Shown: positions 18,051-28,170, counted from the first letter of the stretch. The stretch: DNA of 64,000 bases from Leptonemataceae bacterium (GCA_965227295.1 OZ245742.1:4576001-4640000), one strand, 5' to 3'. The notes: generated by a model from the sequence alone, not told the origin. Numbers and translations: made by a program.

Positions 18051-19493
18051 ATGGGCACAGGCAACTCCCAGCTCTGGGCCGGCCGCTCCTCCGGCGGTGT
18101 GGCGGACATCATGGTCCGCATGGGCGAATCGATCTTCCTGGACGTGGAACTCTTTCGCGAGGACATTCGCGGCTCGGTGGCCCACGCGCGCATGTTGCAA
18201 CGCATCGGCGTACTCTCCGCGGAAGATCTGCGCAACATCGAAGACGGACTGCGTAAAATTCGCGCGGAAATCGAAGCGGGGGAATTGCAGCTCCGGCCGG
18301 AACTCGAAGACATCCATACGCACGTGGAGAACCGGCTCACCGAACTCATCGGAGACGCCGGCAAACGCCTGCACACGGCGCGCTCGCGCAACGACCAGGT
18401 GGCCGTTGACACGCATCTCTTTGTACGCCGCGCCGCCGCCGAAGCCGGCACTGCGCTCTTAGCTTTATGCGAAGCGCTCTTAGCGCGTGCAAAACAGGAG
18501 ATCGAAGCCGGCACGGTGCTGCCCGGTTATACGCATCTCCAGGTGGCGCAACCGGTGTATCTCGGTCATCACCTGCTCGCGCATTTCTGGTCCTTTTCCC
18601 GGGACATCGAACGCTTCGCCCGGGCGAACGAAACGGCTCTGCGTCTGCCCCTGGGCTCCGGCGCCATGGCGGGTGTGAACTACGGGACCGACCGTGAGTT
18701 TCTGCGCCAGGAACTGGGCTTCCGTTCGATCTACGAAAACTCCATGGACGCCGTCTCCACCCGGGACCACATTCTGGACTTTCTGTTTGCGGCGGCGGGT
18801 TTCTTTGCCCACGCTTCGCGCATCTCCGAGGAACTGATCCTCTGGAACTCGGTGGAGTTCGGTTTTCTTTCGCTGCCGGATGAGTTGACCACGGGCTCGT
18901 CGATCATGCCGCAAAAGAAGAACCCGGACCTGGCCGAACTCAGCCGCGGCAAAAGCGGCCGGGTCACGGCGAACTTAATGAACGTTCTTGTGAACTTAAA
19001 GTCCCTGCCCCTTACGTACAATCGTGATCTGCAGGAAGATCGTTTTCCCCTGCTGGACTCGCATCGTCAGACTCACCTGGCCTTAGAAGCGCTCACGGCC
19101 ATGACGGCCGGCGCGGAGTTTCACCGCGAGCGCATGAGCGCTTCCCTGGAGCGAGGTTTCGCTACCGCCACGGACCTGGCCGACGCCCTGGTCGCCGAAA
19201 AGAACGTGCCCTTTCGCGAAGCCCATCATTTCGTGGGCGCACTTGTCCGACTTTGCTCCGACAACGGGGCAACCCTCGCCAACGTCGCCGCCGCGGAACG
19301 CGCGAAGATCAGCGAACACTTCGCGGACGAAGAGTTCTACCGGCGCGCCGTGGACCTGAACGCCAGCGCGGATAAAAAGATCAGCCGCGGCGGCACGGCC
19401 CGCACGGCGCTTGAGTTTCAGCTGGACGAAGCGGATCATCTCGTGCAAAGGTGGCGCGACTTCGCCTGGCACACGCCGGATCTGAATTTCTAA
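18051..19493 (+). CDS. argH: Argininosuccinate lyase
   Basis: LWAGR, EDIH, HTARSRNDQV, PGYTHLQ, TGSSIMPQKKNPD, YNRDLQED. Confidence 0.96.
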   Translation: MGTGNSQLWAGRSSGGVADIMVRMGESIFLDVELFREDIRGSVAHARMLQRIGVLSAEDLRNIEDGLRKIRAEIEAGELQLRPELEDIHTHVENRLTELIGDAGKRLHTARSRNDQVAVDTHLFVRRAAAEAGTALLALCEALLARAKQEIEAGTVLPGYTHLQVAQPVYLGHHLLAHFWSFSRDIERFARANETALRLPLGSGAMAGVNYGTDREFLRQELGFRSIYENSMDAVSTRDHILDFLFAAAGFFAHASRISEELILWNSVEFGFLSLPDELTTGSSIMPQKKNPDLAELSRGKSGRVTANLMNVLVNLKSLPLTYNRDLQEDRFPLLDSHRQTHLALEALTAMTAGAEFHRERMSASLERGFATATDLADALVAEKNVPFREAHHFVGALVRLCSDNGATLANVAAAERAKISEHFADEEFYRRAVDLNASADKKISRGGTARTALEFQLDEADHLVQRWRDFAWHTPDLNF

Positions 19494-19502
19494 GAGAGTA
19501 TC

Positions 19503-20111
19503 GTGAAGCACGACGCGCTGACAGAAAAACTGAGCCACGAGTACAACCGTACGCTCCACGACCTGGCGAATGTCATTACGAACGAGCAGTTGCCCATGCT
19601 GCTCGGCGTCCTGGAACGCATCCCCGACGAGGCCGCCGATCTCCGCGCGCAGTTCGCGGCGGATCCGAACAACCTGCGCTATCCGAAGACCTGGTTGGAC
19701 TTCGTGCGTTTGTTGCGTTTCAGTCTGCTGCTCAAGGCTCCCCTCGCCGAACAGTACGACAATTTCGTGCAGGCCTACCAGGTTCTGAGTTCCCGGTCGG
19801 ATATGGGGCCCGACCAACAGAAGCTGCTCGGTGAGATCGGCGACCTTATGTACAACATCGACGACCTGGCCGGCGATCACGAACGCCTGGCCGTGAAGAT
19901 CATCACCGAACTCTCCCGGGACCTCAAAGAAACCTACGGCATGTTAATGGAACCGCGGCATACGCTGTTCTCCGAAACGGTGCATGAAGATCATGTATTT
20001 CGCCTGGCGCCGTTGATCAAAGACCTGCTGCGTTTGTGCGAAGGCATGATGAAGCAGCTCGGTGTGATGAAGGCGTTGTTACGAATGCGGAAGTTGATTG
20101 TGGGGTTGTAG
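19503..20111 (+). CDS. Hypothetical helical protein
   Basis: 202-aa ORF 9 nt after argH; coding-like codon usage. Confidence 0.65.
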   Translation: MKHDALTEKLSHEYNRTLHDLANVITNEQLPMLLGVLERIPDEAADLRAQFAADPNNLRYPKTWLDFVRLLRFSLLLKAPLAEQYDNFVQAYQVLSSRSDMGPDQQKLLGEIGDLMYNIDDLAGDHERLAVKIITELSRDLKETYGMLMEPRHTLFSETVHEDHVFRLAPLIKDLLRLCEGMMKQLGVMKALLRMRKLIVGL

Positions 20112-20230
20112 GATTCGTATACGACTTTGTGGAAGGTTGTATCGTACTGGCCGTTGCAGAAATTGAGAAGAAAGAACGAGAGATAGAAAACGCTAAGACT
20201 GGAAAGAGTCGGAAGAAAACTGCCTGACTT

Positions 20231-20342
20231 TTTGGGCGCCTCGGCGCTACGCGCCGACCGGGCTTTCCAGGGCTCCGCCTTCGGCTCCGGTCCCCGCTTC
20301 GCGGCGACTCGCGACTTCGTCGCGACCACCCTGGCGCAAGAA
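20231..20342 (-). repeat. Dispersed GNA-hairpin repeat, copy 3
   Basis: Reverse complement reads TTCTTGCGCCAGGGT...GGCGGAGCCCTGGAAAGCCCGGTCGGCGC-GTA-GCGCCGAGGCGCCCAAA. Confidence 0.8.
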
Positions 20343-20404
20343 ATAAGAAAGCCTCGTTTCCCGCTGCTCCCTACTCCAACCCCGGCCCGAAAACCCGGCC
20401 GGCC

Positions 20405-21274
20405 CTACAACACCGCTCGCCGCAACACGGTCTCCGTCCCCGCGAATTCTTCCAGCAACATCTCCTCGATCACCCGCAGCTCCGGCAAGATCGCCGGCCC
20501 CTCCGCGCTGAGTTCCAGCAAACGAAAGCGCGGTACCGGTGCCCGTACCAGACCGCCGTCCCGGGCGACCAGCATGCCCACGGGGACGCTCTGTGCTAAC
20601 TTACGATTTGCAGCGGCTAAGATTCGGCCAAACATATCCGGCCCTCCGGAGCGCGCGGCCGGCAACGCCGCAAGGCCCGTCCGCAGTTCGAATAACGATC
20701 CCGCCGCCTGTCCCGCCGCATCCTGCGAAAACGGACACACATCCCGCAACCGCTGCGTCAAGAACCGAAACAATCGCGTGCTCGCCTCATCCCACGCAAG
20801 CCCCGCACCTTCCACTAACAACCAGCGTTCCGCGCTCAATCGCGCATCGAATGCGTCGGCGCCGATCATGCTGCGCTGCTGCACGCTCTCGCGATGCCGA
20901 CGGACCACCGCCTCCAGGCGATGCAACAACTCCCGGCCGAAGAACGGCTTCGTTACGAAATCATCGAGACCGGTTTCGAAACCCGTCACCCGCGCGTCGG
21001 GCGTATCGTGGGCGGTCAGCAATAACACCGGCAAACGCGCCGTTCGGCGCGCGGCTCGCAATTGTGCGAGTACCTGAAAGCCGCTCCGGTCCGGCATGTC
21101 CAGATCCAGCAAAACGGCGTCCGGTTCCAGGCGGCGCAGAAACCGAAACGCCAGGTTCGGGCGATGGCAGAGAAAGGTCTCGCAACCGCAGGCCCCCAGA
21201 ACCGCGGCGGTGTTTTCGAGGAATTCCACGTCGTCGTCGACGAGTGCGATGCTTAACTTACGTTGAGTTGACAT
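20405..21274 (-). CDS. Response regulator (REC plus unassigned C-terminal domain)
   Basis: LVDDD, LLDLDMP, LLTA, DDFVTKPF. Confidence 0.82.
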   Translation of the reverse strand: MSTQRKLSIALVDDDVEFLENTAAVLGACGCETFLCHRPNLAFRFLRRLEPDAVLLDLDMPDRSGFQVLAQLRAARRTARLPVLLLTAHDTPDARVTGFETGLDDFVTKPFFGRELLHRLEAVVRRHRESVQQRSMIGADAFDARLSAERWLLVEGAGLAWDEASTRLFRFLTQRLRDVCPFSQDAAGQAAGSLFELRTGLAALPAARSGGPDMFGRILAAANRKLAQSVPVGMLVARDGGLVRAPVPRFRLLELSAEGPAILPELRVIEEMLLEEFAGTETVLRRAVL

Positions 21275-21286
21275 GAACGCGGACGC

Positions 21287-21994
21287 TCAGGCCAGAGACT
21301 CAAGGGCATGCAGGGCCAGGTCCAGCACCTTAATGCGCGCGAAACGTTTATCGTTCGCCTCTACAAGATGCCACGGTGCATGATCACGATGCGTACGTTC
21401 GATCATCTCTTCCACGGCCGCGGCGTACTGCGGCCACTTCTCGCGATTGCGCAGATCTTCTTCGGTCAGCTTCCACTGCTTGAGCGGAGACTTCGCCCGC
21501 TCTTCGAAGCGCTGGAGTTGTTCGTTCTGATCAATGTGCAACCAGAACTTCGCCACGGCGAAACCGGCCTCGTGCCAGGAACGTTCCATGTCCGCGATTT
21601 CACGATAAGCGCGGCGCCAGGCATCCTCCGGGGCGAATCCCTCCACGCGCTCCACCAGCACGCGCCCGTACCAGGAGCGATCGAAGATCGCAATGCGCCC
21701 GGGAGCCGGCAATCGGTTCCAGAAACGCCAGAGATAATGATGACGTTTTTCCCGCGGTGACGGAGCGCCGATGGGAATCACTCGAAACAGTTCCGGCGGC
21801 AGCGCCCCCGTGAGCCGGCGGATGGCCCCGCCCTTGCCGGCGGCATCCTTGCCCTCGAAGACCAAAATCGCCGTACGCCGGCGTTCGTAAACACGCACTG
21901 CCGCTTTCGCCAGGTCCTTCTGCAATTCTTTCAGCCGCTTTCGATAGACCTCGTCTTCGAGGCTCATGCTCAGGTCCAGGGAGTCCAGCAGCAT
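21287..21994 (-). CDS. ppk2: Polyphosphate kinase 2 family (PAP C-terminal-like domain)
   Basis: FEGKDAAGKGG Walker A, FDRSWYGRVLVERVEG, KFWLHI, WKLTEED, EANDKRFAR. Confidence 0.92.
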   Translation of the reverse strand: MLLDSLDLSMSLEDEVYRKRLKELQKDLAKAAVRVYERRRTAILVFEGKDAAGKGGAIRRLTGALPPELFRVIPIGAPSPREKRHHYLWRFWNRLPAPGRIAIFDRSWYGRVLVERVEGFAPEDAWRRAYREIADMERSWHEAGFAVAKFWLHIDQNEQLQRFEERAKSPLKQWKLTEEDLRNREKWPQYAAAVEEMIERTHRDHAPWHLVEANDKRFARIKVLDLALHALESLA

Positions 21995-22788
21995 CAGGCG
22001 TCCTCCGTAACTTCTGTCGACGGAACGTTAGCAGGCTTCGTTTTTCCGCTTGCGCCGGCTTTGCGCATGCGGCGCAGCAGGTCCATGGCCTCGTCGAAGT
22101 CCGCGACCAGGCGACGGGAATCCAGGGAGAGCCGCTCTTCCATGCGTGCGATGATGTAGTCAAAGACCGCACCGGCGATTTCTTTGCCGCTGCCCTCGTC
22201 GGGCACGAACCAGGGAGCCACGGCGGTGTCCGTTTTCTTTGCCGTGGAGCGCAGGGCCTTTTTGTAATCGTCGAAGTGCTTCAGCAATCGTTTGGCACGC
22301 TGTTTGCTGAGCGATCGGCGGATGACGTGTTTCTCGTCTTTCTTAAGTTCCTTTTCGAGATCCTTACGCCGCCGGGGGATGCGAACCTTGATCACCAGGT
22401 AACCGTTATCGTCCAGGGAGCGCTCGAAGTCGTTCACGATGTCGATGAGCTGCCGCCGCTGCTTCTTGCCCAGGCGATCGTGGACGATGCCCGCCGCCAG
22501 ATCGTGATAGTAGGCGCCGTCGAAGACGGCCAGATCGCCCAGCGCGGGGAGATCGCACCAGTACTTGTGCAGGAAAGCACGGTCGCGATCCCGCGGGGCG
22601 GCGTTGTCCGGAAAATGGTGGACCGTGAAATGCCGCGGGTCCAGAATTCGCGACAACCGCGTGATCGTATGCAGGATGCCGGTGATGCCGACGCCCTCGA
22701 AGATGAGCACCACGCCGAGGCCGCGCTCCGCCGCCTCGCGAAACAAGAGGGCGACGCGGTCTTTCTGCTCGAGAGAGGCGCTTTTCAA
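21994..22788 (-). CDS. Degenerate PPK2-like protein (PAP N-terminal-like domain)
   Basis: FEGVGITG, LDPRHF, LPALGDLAVFDGAYY, FERSL..NG, TDTAVAPWFV; P-loop Lys and DRS motif lost. Confidence 0.75.
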   Translation of the reverse strand: MKSASLEQKDRVALLFREAAERGLGVVLIFEGVGITGILHTITRLSRILDPRHFTVHHFPDNAAPRDRDRAFLHKYWCDLPALGDLAVFDGAYYHDLAAGIVHDRLGKKQRRQLIDIVNDFERSLDDNGYLVIKVRIPRRRKDLEKELKKDEKHVIRRSLSKQRAKRLLKHFDDYKKALRSTAKKTDTAVAPWFVPDEGSGKEIAGAVFDYIIARMEERLSLDSRRLVADFDEAMDLLRRMRKAGASGKTKPANVPSTEVTEDA

Positions 22789-22817
22789 CTTAGGGGTCCT
22801 GAGGGAAAGATTGACTC

Positions 22818-22919
22818 CGAGGACCGAGGGTACGAGGAAAGAAACGGGAGAGTGATCATACTTTGCACGCGATCAGGCTAAAATTACTCTCCGGAAAAAT
22901 CTCGGTACCTCGGTCCTCG
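22818..22919. repeat. Long imperfect inverted repeat (nested stem-loop)
   Basis: 22818-22836 CGAGGACCGAGGGTACGAG pairs with 22901-22919; inner GGAGAGTGAT/ATTACTCTCC; alternative inner stem TGATC/GATCA. Confidence 0.6.
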
Positions 22920-22932
22920 TTGTAAAAATTCT

Positions 22933-24315
22933 TCAACTCTTCCGCGAACGACGCCGGCCTCGGCTCCGGTTGCCGCCGCTCTGACGGTTGCCGCCACGGT
23001 TGCCGCCGCGACGAACCGGGAAGAGACTCACGATCTTATGCGTTTCCGGCGGACGCTCCCGCGGCCCGATCTCCCAGAACATGGCCTTCTGAATGTCCTC
23101 GTCGTTTTCTTCGGCCAGAGAGTTGATCTTAAACACCATGAAAGCTTCGTAAAAGAACACCTTCTTGCGAAAGACTTCCGGCTTGAAGCGGCGCGTGCGT
23201 TCGGTTTGATGAAAGCGGCCCTGGGCCATGAAGATCTGCACCAGACGATCACGGTCGGCGTTCGCCAGTTGCATGCGCGCACAGATGGGCAGGATCCGCG
23301 ACTTCACGTACTCCATGACGCGGTCGTGGCCGCCATCTTCGAAGACATCGCGCACCACGTCGGTCAGCAGCAGCGCCATGAAAATGTTCACGGTGAGTTC
23401 TTCGCGTTCGGTCAGCGTACGATCGGCGACGATCAGTCGTTTGCCGATGCCCGATTCGGTGAAGTCTCTCACTTTGCCGATGTCCGAAGCGGCGTGCCCT
23501 TCCGGAAACATGGCTTTGAACAGACCGCACTCGTCGAACGAGGCGAAGATGGTTGCCGACTTGCCCGTGCGAAAGATCTTCGCGTACTCATCGAGCAAAC
23601 GCGCGGGACTGGCTTTGGCGATTTCGCCCCGATTGCGTTTGATGGCCTTGAGTGTGCGCCCTTCGATTCTCATGCCCAGCAGACCCGCGAACTTTGCCGC
23701 GCGCAACATGCGCACCGGATCTTCTTTGTACGAGATGTCCGGATCGCCGATGACCGTAATGCGTTTGTTCTGGATATCGTCGAAGCCGCCGACGTAATCG
23801 ATGAGGCTCTCATTGCGCGGGTCGAAAAACAACGCATTCATGGAAAAATCCCGGCGCGCCGCATCTTCTCGCGGCGAGCCGTAGATGTTGTCCCGCTTGA
23901 GCATGTAGTCCTTGTCTTTGTCGTCCGACTCCAGGCGATGGGACGGCAGGCTGCGAAACGTGGCGACCTCGATGATCTTGCCGCCCTGGAAAATGACGTG
24001 CACGATCTTGAAGCGACGGCCGATGGAACGACTGTTCGAAAAGATTTTACGAATTTGCGTGGGGGTGGCCGTGGTAACGACGTCGAAGTCTTTGGGACGT
24101 TTGCCGAGCAGCATGTCGCGGACGCAGCCGCCGACGAGGTAGGAGCGATGACCGTGACGGTTCAGACGGTTGATGACCTTGAGCGCGTCCTGATCCATCT
24201 GTTCGCGGCGCAACTCATGGAACTCCCGGTAAATGCGTTTGCCTTCCGGGAAGCGCAACATTCCCTCAATCGTACGAGGGCCGGAAGAGAAAATCCGCAG
24301 GAATTTACGTAACAT
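22933..24315 (-). CDS. pcnB: Poly(A) polymerase I
   Basis: VGGCVRD..LG..PKDFDVVT; PAP-specific IGRRFKIVHV; DAARRDF; EDPVRMLRA; Arg-rich tail. Confidence 0.92.
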   Translation of the reverse strand: MLRKFLRIFSSGPRTIEGMLRFPEGKRIYREFHELRREQMDQDALKVINRLNRHGHRSYLVGGCVRDMLLGKRPKDFDVVTTATPTQIRKIFSNSRSIGRRFKIVHVIFQGGKIIEVATFRSLPSHRLESDDKDKDYMLKRDNIYGSPREDAARRDFSMNALFFDPRNESLIDYVGGFDDIQNKRITVIGDPDISYKEDPVRMLRAAKFAGLLGMRIEGRTLKAIKRNRGEIAKASPARLLDEYAKIFRTGKSATIFASFDECGLFKAMFPEGHAASDIGKVRDFTESGIGKRLIVADRTLTEREELTVNIFMALLLTDVVRDVFEDGGHDRVMEYVKSRILPICARMQLANADRDRLVQIFMAQGRFHQTERTRRFKPEVFRKKVFFYEAFMVFKINSLAEENDEDIQKAMFWEIGPRERPPETHKIVSLFPVRRGGNRGGNRQSGGNRSRGRRRSRKS

Positions 24316-24462
24316 TTTTTGGGTATAGGTATCCTGTAGCGGCCCCTGCATCAAGCGAAAATTGTACTACGAACAGCCGCCGCGCGCGGTGCATCCGGCG
24401 TCGTCCGGGCCGCGCAGGCACCGCCGAATTCTCGTTGCCGTGCGCGGAATCCGGGAAATTCT

Positions 24463-25443
24463 GTGAGCGTGCACTGGCGTGATCGCATCCGTCTCTTTCG
24501 AGACCGCTATCGCCGCCGCTTCGACCGTACCCGGAGCGGAGGCTGGCGCGGCCTGTCCGTCCTCATCTTTAAGGAGGATGCGGCCGACCATCCTGTGCGC
24601 TTGCGCATCAACTACTACGTCGTGGCATTCAGCGCCCTGCTCGTCCTGGGCATTCCCCTGGCCGGCGCCGTCCTGGTCATGCAGGAAAGCCTGACCGCCG
24701 CCGACGCCTCCCGCATGATCGAAAGCCGACGCTCGCTCCTGCATCTCATGCGCCTGCTCACGGAAGAGAAGGAGCAGCTGCTCCTGCGCGCCGCCGATCA
24801 CGTCGATCGCTTCGGCGAGCTCAGCCGCGCCGATGGAACCGTCCTGCGCACGGCCTCCCTGCCGGAGAACCTCGACGCCGTCGATCCCGATCCCGGCCTG
24901 GATCGTATGAACTACGACCTGGCGAAACTGGAGACCCTGCACCGGCGTTCCCGCCTGGTTTTACGTGACAACGCCTATCACTCTTTGCAGCTAGTCTGGA
25001 CGCGCATGTCCGTGCATCACGTCATGCCCCGGGGCCGGCCGCTTCCGGCGGGGGTCGGCTTTCTGACATCGATCTTCGGCAATCGGCCGAATCCCTTCGG
25101 CGTAACCTCCGAGGGCTCGCGGGAAACACACTCGGGCATCGACTTCGCGTCGGCGCCGGGTACGCCGCTCATCGCCACGGCCCCGGGCCTGGTCATCCGC
25201 GCCGTACGCGGCACGTCCCAGGGCTACGGCAAGCACATCCGCATCCATCACGGCTTCGGCTACACCACGCTCTACGGCCACTGCAAGGAACTGGCCGTGG
25301 ACACCGGCGAATTCGTGCGCCGCGGACAGGTCATCGGTTATCTCGGTCGCACCGGCCGCGCCACGGGCAACCACGTGCACTACGAGGTCCAACTCGGCAC
25401 GGACCTGGCAATCGATCCCATGGAGTACGTGCAGTTGAAGTAA
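24463..25443 (+). CDS. M23 family metallopeptidase
   Basis: TM anchor; HSGID, GYG, YGH, TGRATGNHVHYEV. Confidence 0.9.
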   Translation: MSVHWRDRIRLFRDRYRRRFDRTRSGGWRGLSVLIFKEDAADHPVRLRINYYVVAFSALLVLGIPLAGAVLVMQESLTAADASRMIESRRSLLHLMRLLTEEKEQLLLRAADHVDRFGELSRADGTVLRTASLPENLDAVDPDPGLDRMNYDLAKLETLHRRSRLVLRDNAYHSLQLVWTRMSVHHVMPRGRPLPAGVGFLTSIFGNRPNPFGVTSEGSRETHSGIDFASAPGTPLIATAPGLVIRAVRGTSQGYGKHIRIHHGFGYTTLYGHCKELAVDTGEFVRRGQVIGYLGRTGRATGNHVHYEVQLGTDLAIDPMEYVQLK

Positions 25444-25490
25444 TCGAGGACGCCTCGACTATAAGTGCAGGTGAGTGTAAGTTAAGAATT

Positions 25491-25531
25491 TTTCGGGCGT
25501 CCCGGCGGCTACGCCGCCGGGACGCGAAGAG
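25491..25531 (-). repeat. Minimal GNA-hairpin repeat, copy 4
   Basis: Reverse complement CTCTTCGCGTCCCGGCGGC-GTA-GCCGCCGGGACGCCCGAAA. Confidence 0.7.
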
Positions 25532-25545
25532 CTCTGGATACGGGA

Positions 25546-25663
25546 CTCTTCGCGCCAGGGATGCGCAAGGTCGCGCGCCAGCGCGAGTCTTCGCGTAGCG
25601 AAGACCGAAGCGAAGCGGAGCCTGTAGCAGCCCGACCGCCGCGAAGCGGCGGGGGCGCCCAAA
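25546..25663 (+). repeat. Dispersed GNA-hairpin repeat, copy 5
   Basis: CTCTTCGCGCCAGGGAT...GCGAAGCGGAGCCTGTAGCAGCCCGACCGCCGC-GAA-GCGGCGGGGGCGCCCAAA. Confidence 0.8.
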
Positions 25664-25717
25664 ACATATGCACGCGATGCACTACTTTGTTTTCCGGGGC
25701 GAGTGGGAATAGATACT

Positions 25718-26458
25718 ATGCATAAAGTCACCATCATCGGCAGCGGGAATGCGTTCAACTCGAACGGCCGTGCCCACGCCTGTTACCTGCTGGAAAACGA
25801 CGCCGGCGAGGCGATGCTCCTGGACATCGGCGCAACGTCGCTGTATCGCCTGCAACAGGAAGGCACCGATCTCAATGCAATCCCGTTCTTACTGCTCACA
25901 CACTTTCACGGCGATCACATCGGCGGTCTGCCGTTCTTGTTGATCGAGCTGGACATCGTGCGGCAGCGAAAGAGCCCGCTTACGATCCTCGGGCCCGCCG
26001 GTGTTCAGGCGGCCTGCGAGGCGTTGATCGAGATCTGTTATCCCGGCTTCGATTTTCACTTTCCCATTGAATATCGCGAGGTACCGGCCCGCGGCACGAC
26101 CCGGGCCGGGGAGTTTCGCATCGAATCGTTTCCGATCACGCACAAAGATGAGAGCACCGGTTATAGAGTGAGCGGGTCGTCGGGAAAAACGTTCGCGTTC
26201 TCCGGGGATGCGGCCTTCGACGAACGCCTGGTAGAACTCGTGGACGGTGTGGACGTGGCAGCGATCGAACTCTCCATGGAAACGCAAAGCGATCCGCCGA
26301 CGAAACACGTGGCGCTGGACGAGGTCCGCGCGCGCCGCGACGAACTGCGACCGCGGCGCTTGATCTTCACGCACATCTACGACGATCTGGCGGCGAAAGT
26401 GGAACACGAGGGACTGGGGGAAGCGGCGTACGATGGGATGGTGGTGTCGTTCGACTAA
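25718..26458 (+). CDS. MBL-fold metallo-hydrolase (RNase Z-like)
   Basis: IGSGNAF, THFHGDHIGG, FSGD, IFTH. Confidence 0.88.
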   Translation: MHKVTIIGSGNAFNSNGRAHACYLLENDAGEAMLLDIGATSLYRLQQEGTDLNAIPFLLLTHFHGDHIGGLPFLLIELDIVRQRKSPLTILGPAGVQAACEALIEICYPGFDFHFPIEYREVPARGTTRAGEFRIESFPITHKDESTGYRVSGSSGKTFAFSGDAAFDERLVELVDGVDVAAIELSMETQSDPPTKHVALDEVRARRDELRPRRLIFTHIYDDLAAKVEHEGLGEAAYDGMVVSFD

Positions 26459-28170
26459 CGCAGCGCCCCGGCCATCAACTCCGCGTATACCGGGGTCATC
26501 TCCAGCATGCCGTCGTACGAAAGATGGTGCGTATCCAGGAAACGATTCGCCGGCAACGCGCGATGCACGTCCGCGAAACGCACGCGCCCACCGGACGAGG
26601 CCGCCCATTCGCGCATGTACTCCTGGTAGCCGCGATACCAACCGTTATCGTCATAGGCCAGGAGGGCCAGCGGGTTCTCGGGGTTGTTTACCACTAACAC
26701 GCGCGTATCATCACTTAACCCTTCGACGAACTTGCGCAAATCCCGCACCTCGTAAATTTCCGAAAACCCGTGAAAGTTCGTCAGGTACTTCGCGAGACGA
26801 ATGCGATTCAGTTGCAGAAAGGCCAGGTGCTCCGGCGCTTCCCAGTCCGCCGGATGGATGCGCGCCTGGAAGTCCTCCGCGTAGCGGTCGGCGTTCATGA
26901 GGCTGAGGCGCCGGTCTTCCCACGCCGGCCGGCGGACGAAGTGCTGATCCACGGGCAGCGATGCGAGACCGAAGTTGCCGGGCAAACGCACCCCCCGCCC
27001 CGGTCGCCGGTCGTCGTTCGGCGCATCCACCCGCACGGCCTTGCCGCTGCGAATGTCCTCCACGTAGTTCAGGCGCGCAAAGATCACACGATCTTCTGTT
27101 AACGATTCGGGCAGGGGCACGCTGCGCCAGCCCGCGCGTTTCGGCGTGAACGTATACACCGGTTCTCCCGCGGGCGGCGCGCACTTCGGCAACTTCGCCG
27201 GGAACAGAGCGGCGCTCTTCAGTTCTACGTTGTCCCGATCGTGGACCCAGTCGGGCCGCCAGGCGTCCTCGAAGTCGGACAGATGCTCGTGCTGCGCCGC
27301 CGCCGTCGCAAAATCGCCGAGATCGTAGAAGTCGATGCGAAAGTCCCCGGCCGCAAAGAGTGGCTTCGTTACCTGTAGGTTCAGTTCCCCGGCGCGACGA
27401 ACGGCGCTCATGGGAAACGTGAAACAACCGATGGAATTGCCTTCGCGCCAGGTTCCCTCCGGAACGGGAATGCCCTGATAGTTCAGGTACCTGGTCAGCG
27501 GCGCAGCGCCCGCCCGCATTAAGTTGAAGTACACGGGATCCCACCATTCGTCGCGAAAGCGCAGGGCCGCGAACAGGCCGCGCCCGTTCAAACTCAGGAA
27601 ACGTTCGAAGTCCACGTACCTGGAACCGTAGTGATCCCGGGCATACGCGGCGGGATAGAACAACAACAGCGGATGCCGGTGCGCCATGAACCGCTCCGCC
27701 GAACGATCGATGTATCCGTCCTCGGCCCCGCTGAGTTCGTACGGGGCCGCATAACGTTCCAGGTCCAGGTCCGCCGGGCCGGTGAGATAGACGACGAGGT
27801 CCGGCCGCAACTCGCGAATGCGCGGGGCGTAGTAACGCAGATCCGTCGGCACCATGGCCGCGTGCATGAAGAACTCGACCCGCGCGTTCAGGCCGTGGCG
27901 TTCGCGCAGTTCACGCTCGAGCTGTCGCTGCTGCACCGAGTACCGGGAGATGCTCGAACCGACGACCAGGATGTACGGTCGCCCCTCGTTTTCAGAGCGC
28001 CGCGACTGTAACTGCCGGGCGTGATACTCGAAGGTATACCAGAAAAAGGACTCCCAGCCCCCGCGATGGGCCGGCGCGAAGATCAACGCGTCGTAGATCG
28101 CCCGGTCCACGGCGAAGACCGCCGCAACAATCAGGCATATCGTTCCCAGAAAACGAAGGACAGCAAACAT
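26455..28170 (-). CDS. Membrane-anchored SGNH/DltD-like protein
   Basis: N-terminal TM; ILVVGSS block I; C-terminal FLDTHHL (DxxH). Confidence 0.6.
   Translation of the reverse strand: MFAVLRFLGTICLIVAAVFAVDRAIYDALIFAPAHRGGWESFFWYTFEYHARQLQSRRSENEGRPYILVVGSSISRYSVQQRQLERELRERHGLNARVEFFMHAAMVPTDLRYYAPRIRELRPDLVVYLTGPADLDLERYAAPYELSGAEDGYIDRSAERFMAHRHPLLLFYPAAYARDHYGSRYVDFERFLSLNGRGLFAALRFRDEWWDPVYFNLMRAGAAPLTRYLNYQGIPVPEGTWREGNSIGCFTFPMSAVRRAGELNLQVTKPLFAAGDFRIDFYDLGDFATAAAQHEHLSDFEDAWRPDWVHDRDNVELKSAALFPAKLPKCAPPAGEPVYTFTPKRAGWRSVPLPESLTEDRVIFARLNYVEDIRSGKAVRVDAPNDDRRPGRGVRLPGNFGLASLPVDQHFVRRPAWEDRRLSLMNADRYAEDFQARIHPADWEAPEHLAFLQLNRIRLAKYLTNFHGFSEIYEVRDLRKFVEGLSDDTRVLVVNNPENPLALLAYDDNGWYRGYQEYMREWAASSGGRVRFADVHRALPANRFLDTHHLSYDGMLEMTPVYAELMAGALR

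Noticed and set aside
20036..20227. Alternative-frame ORF suggesting a frameshifted C-terminus or stop read-through of the 19503 gene
   Set aside because: No slippery site or homology evidence is visible; it cannot be supported without alignments
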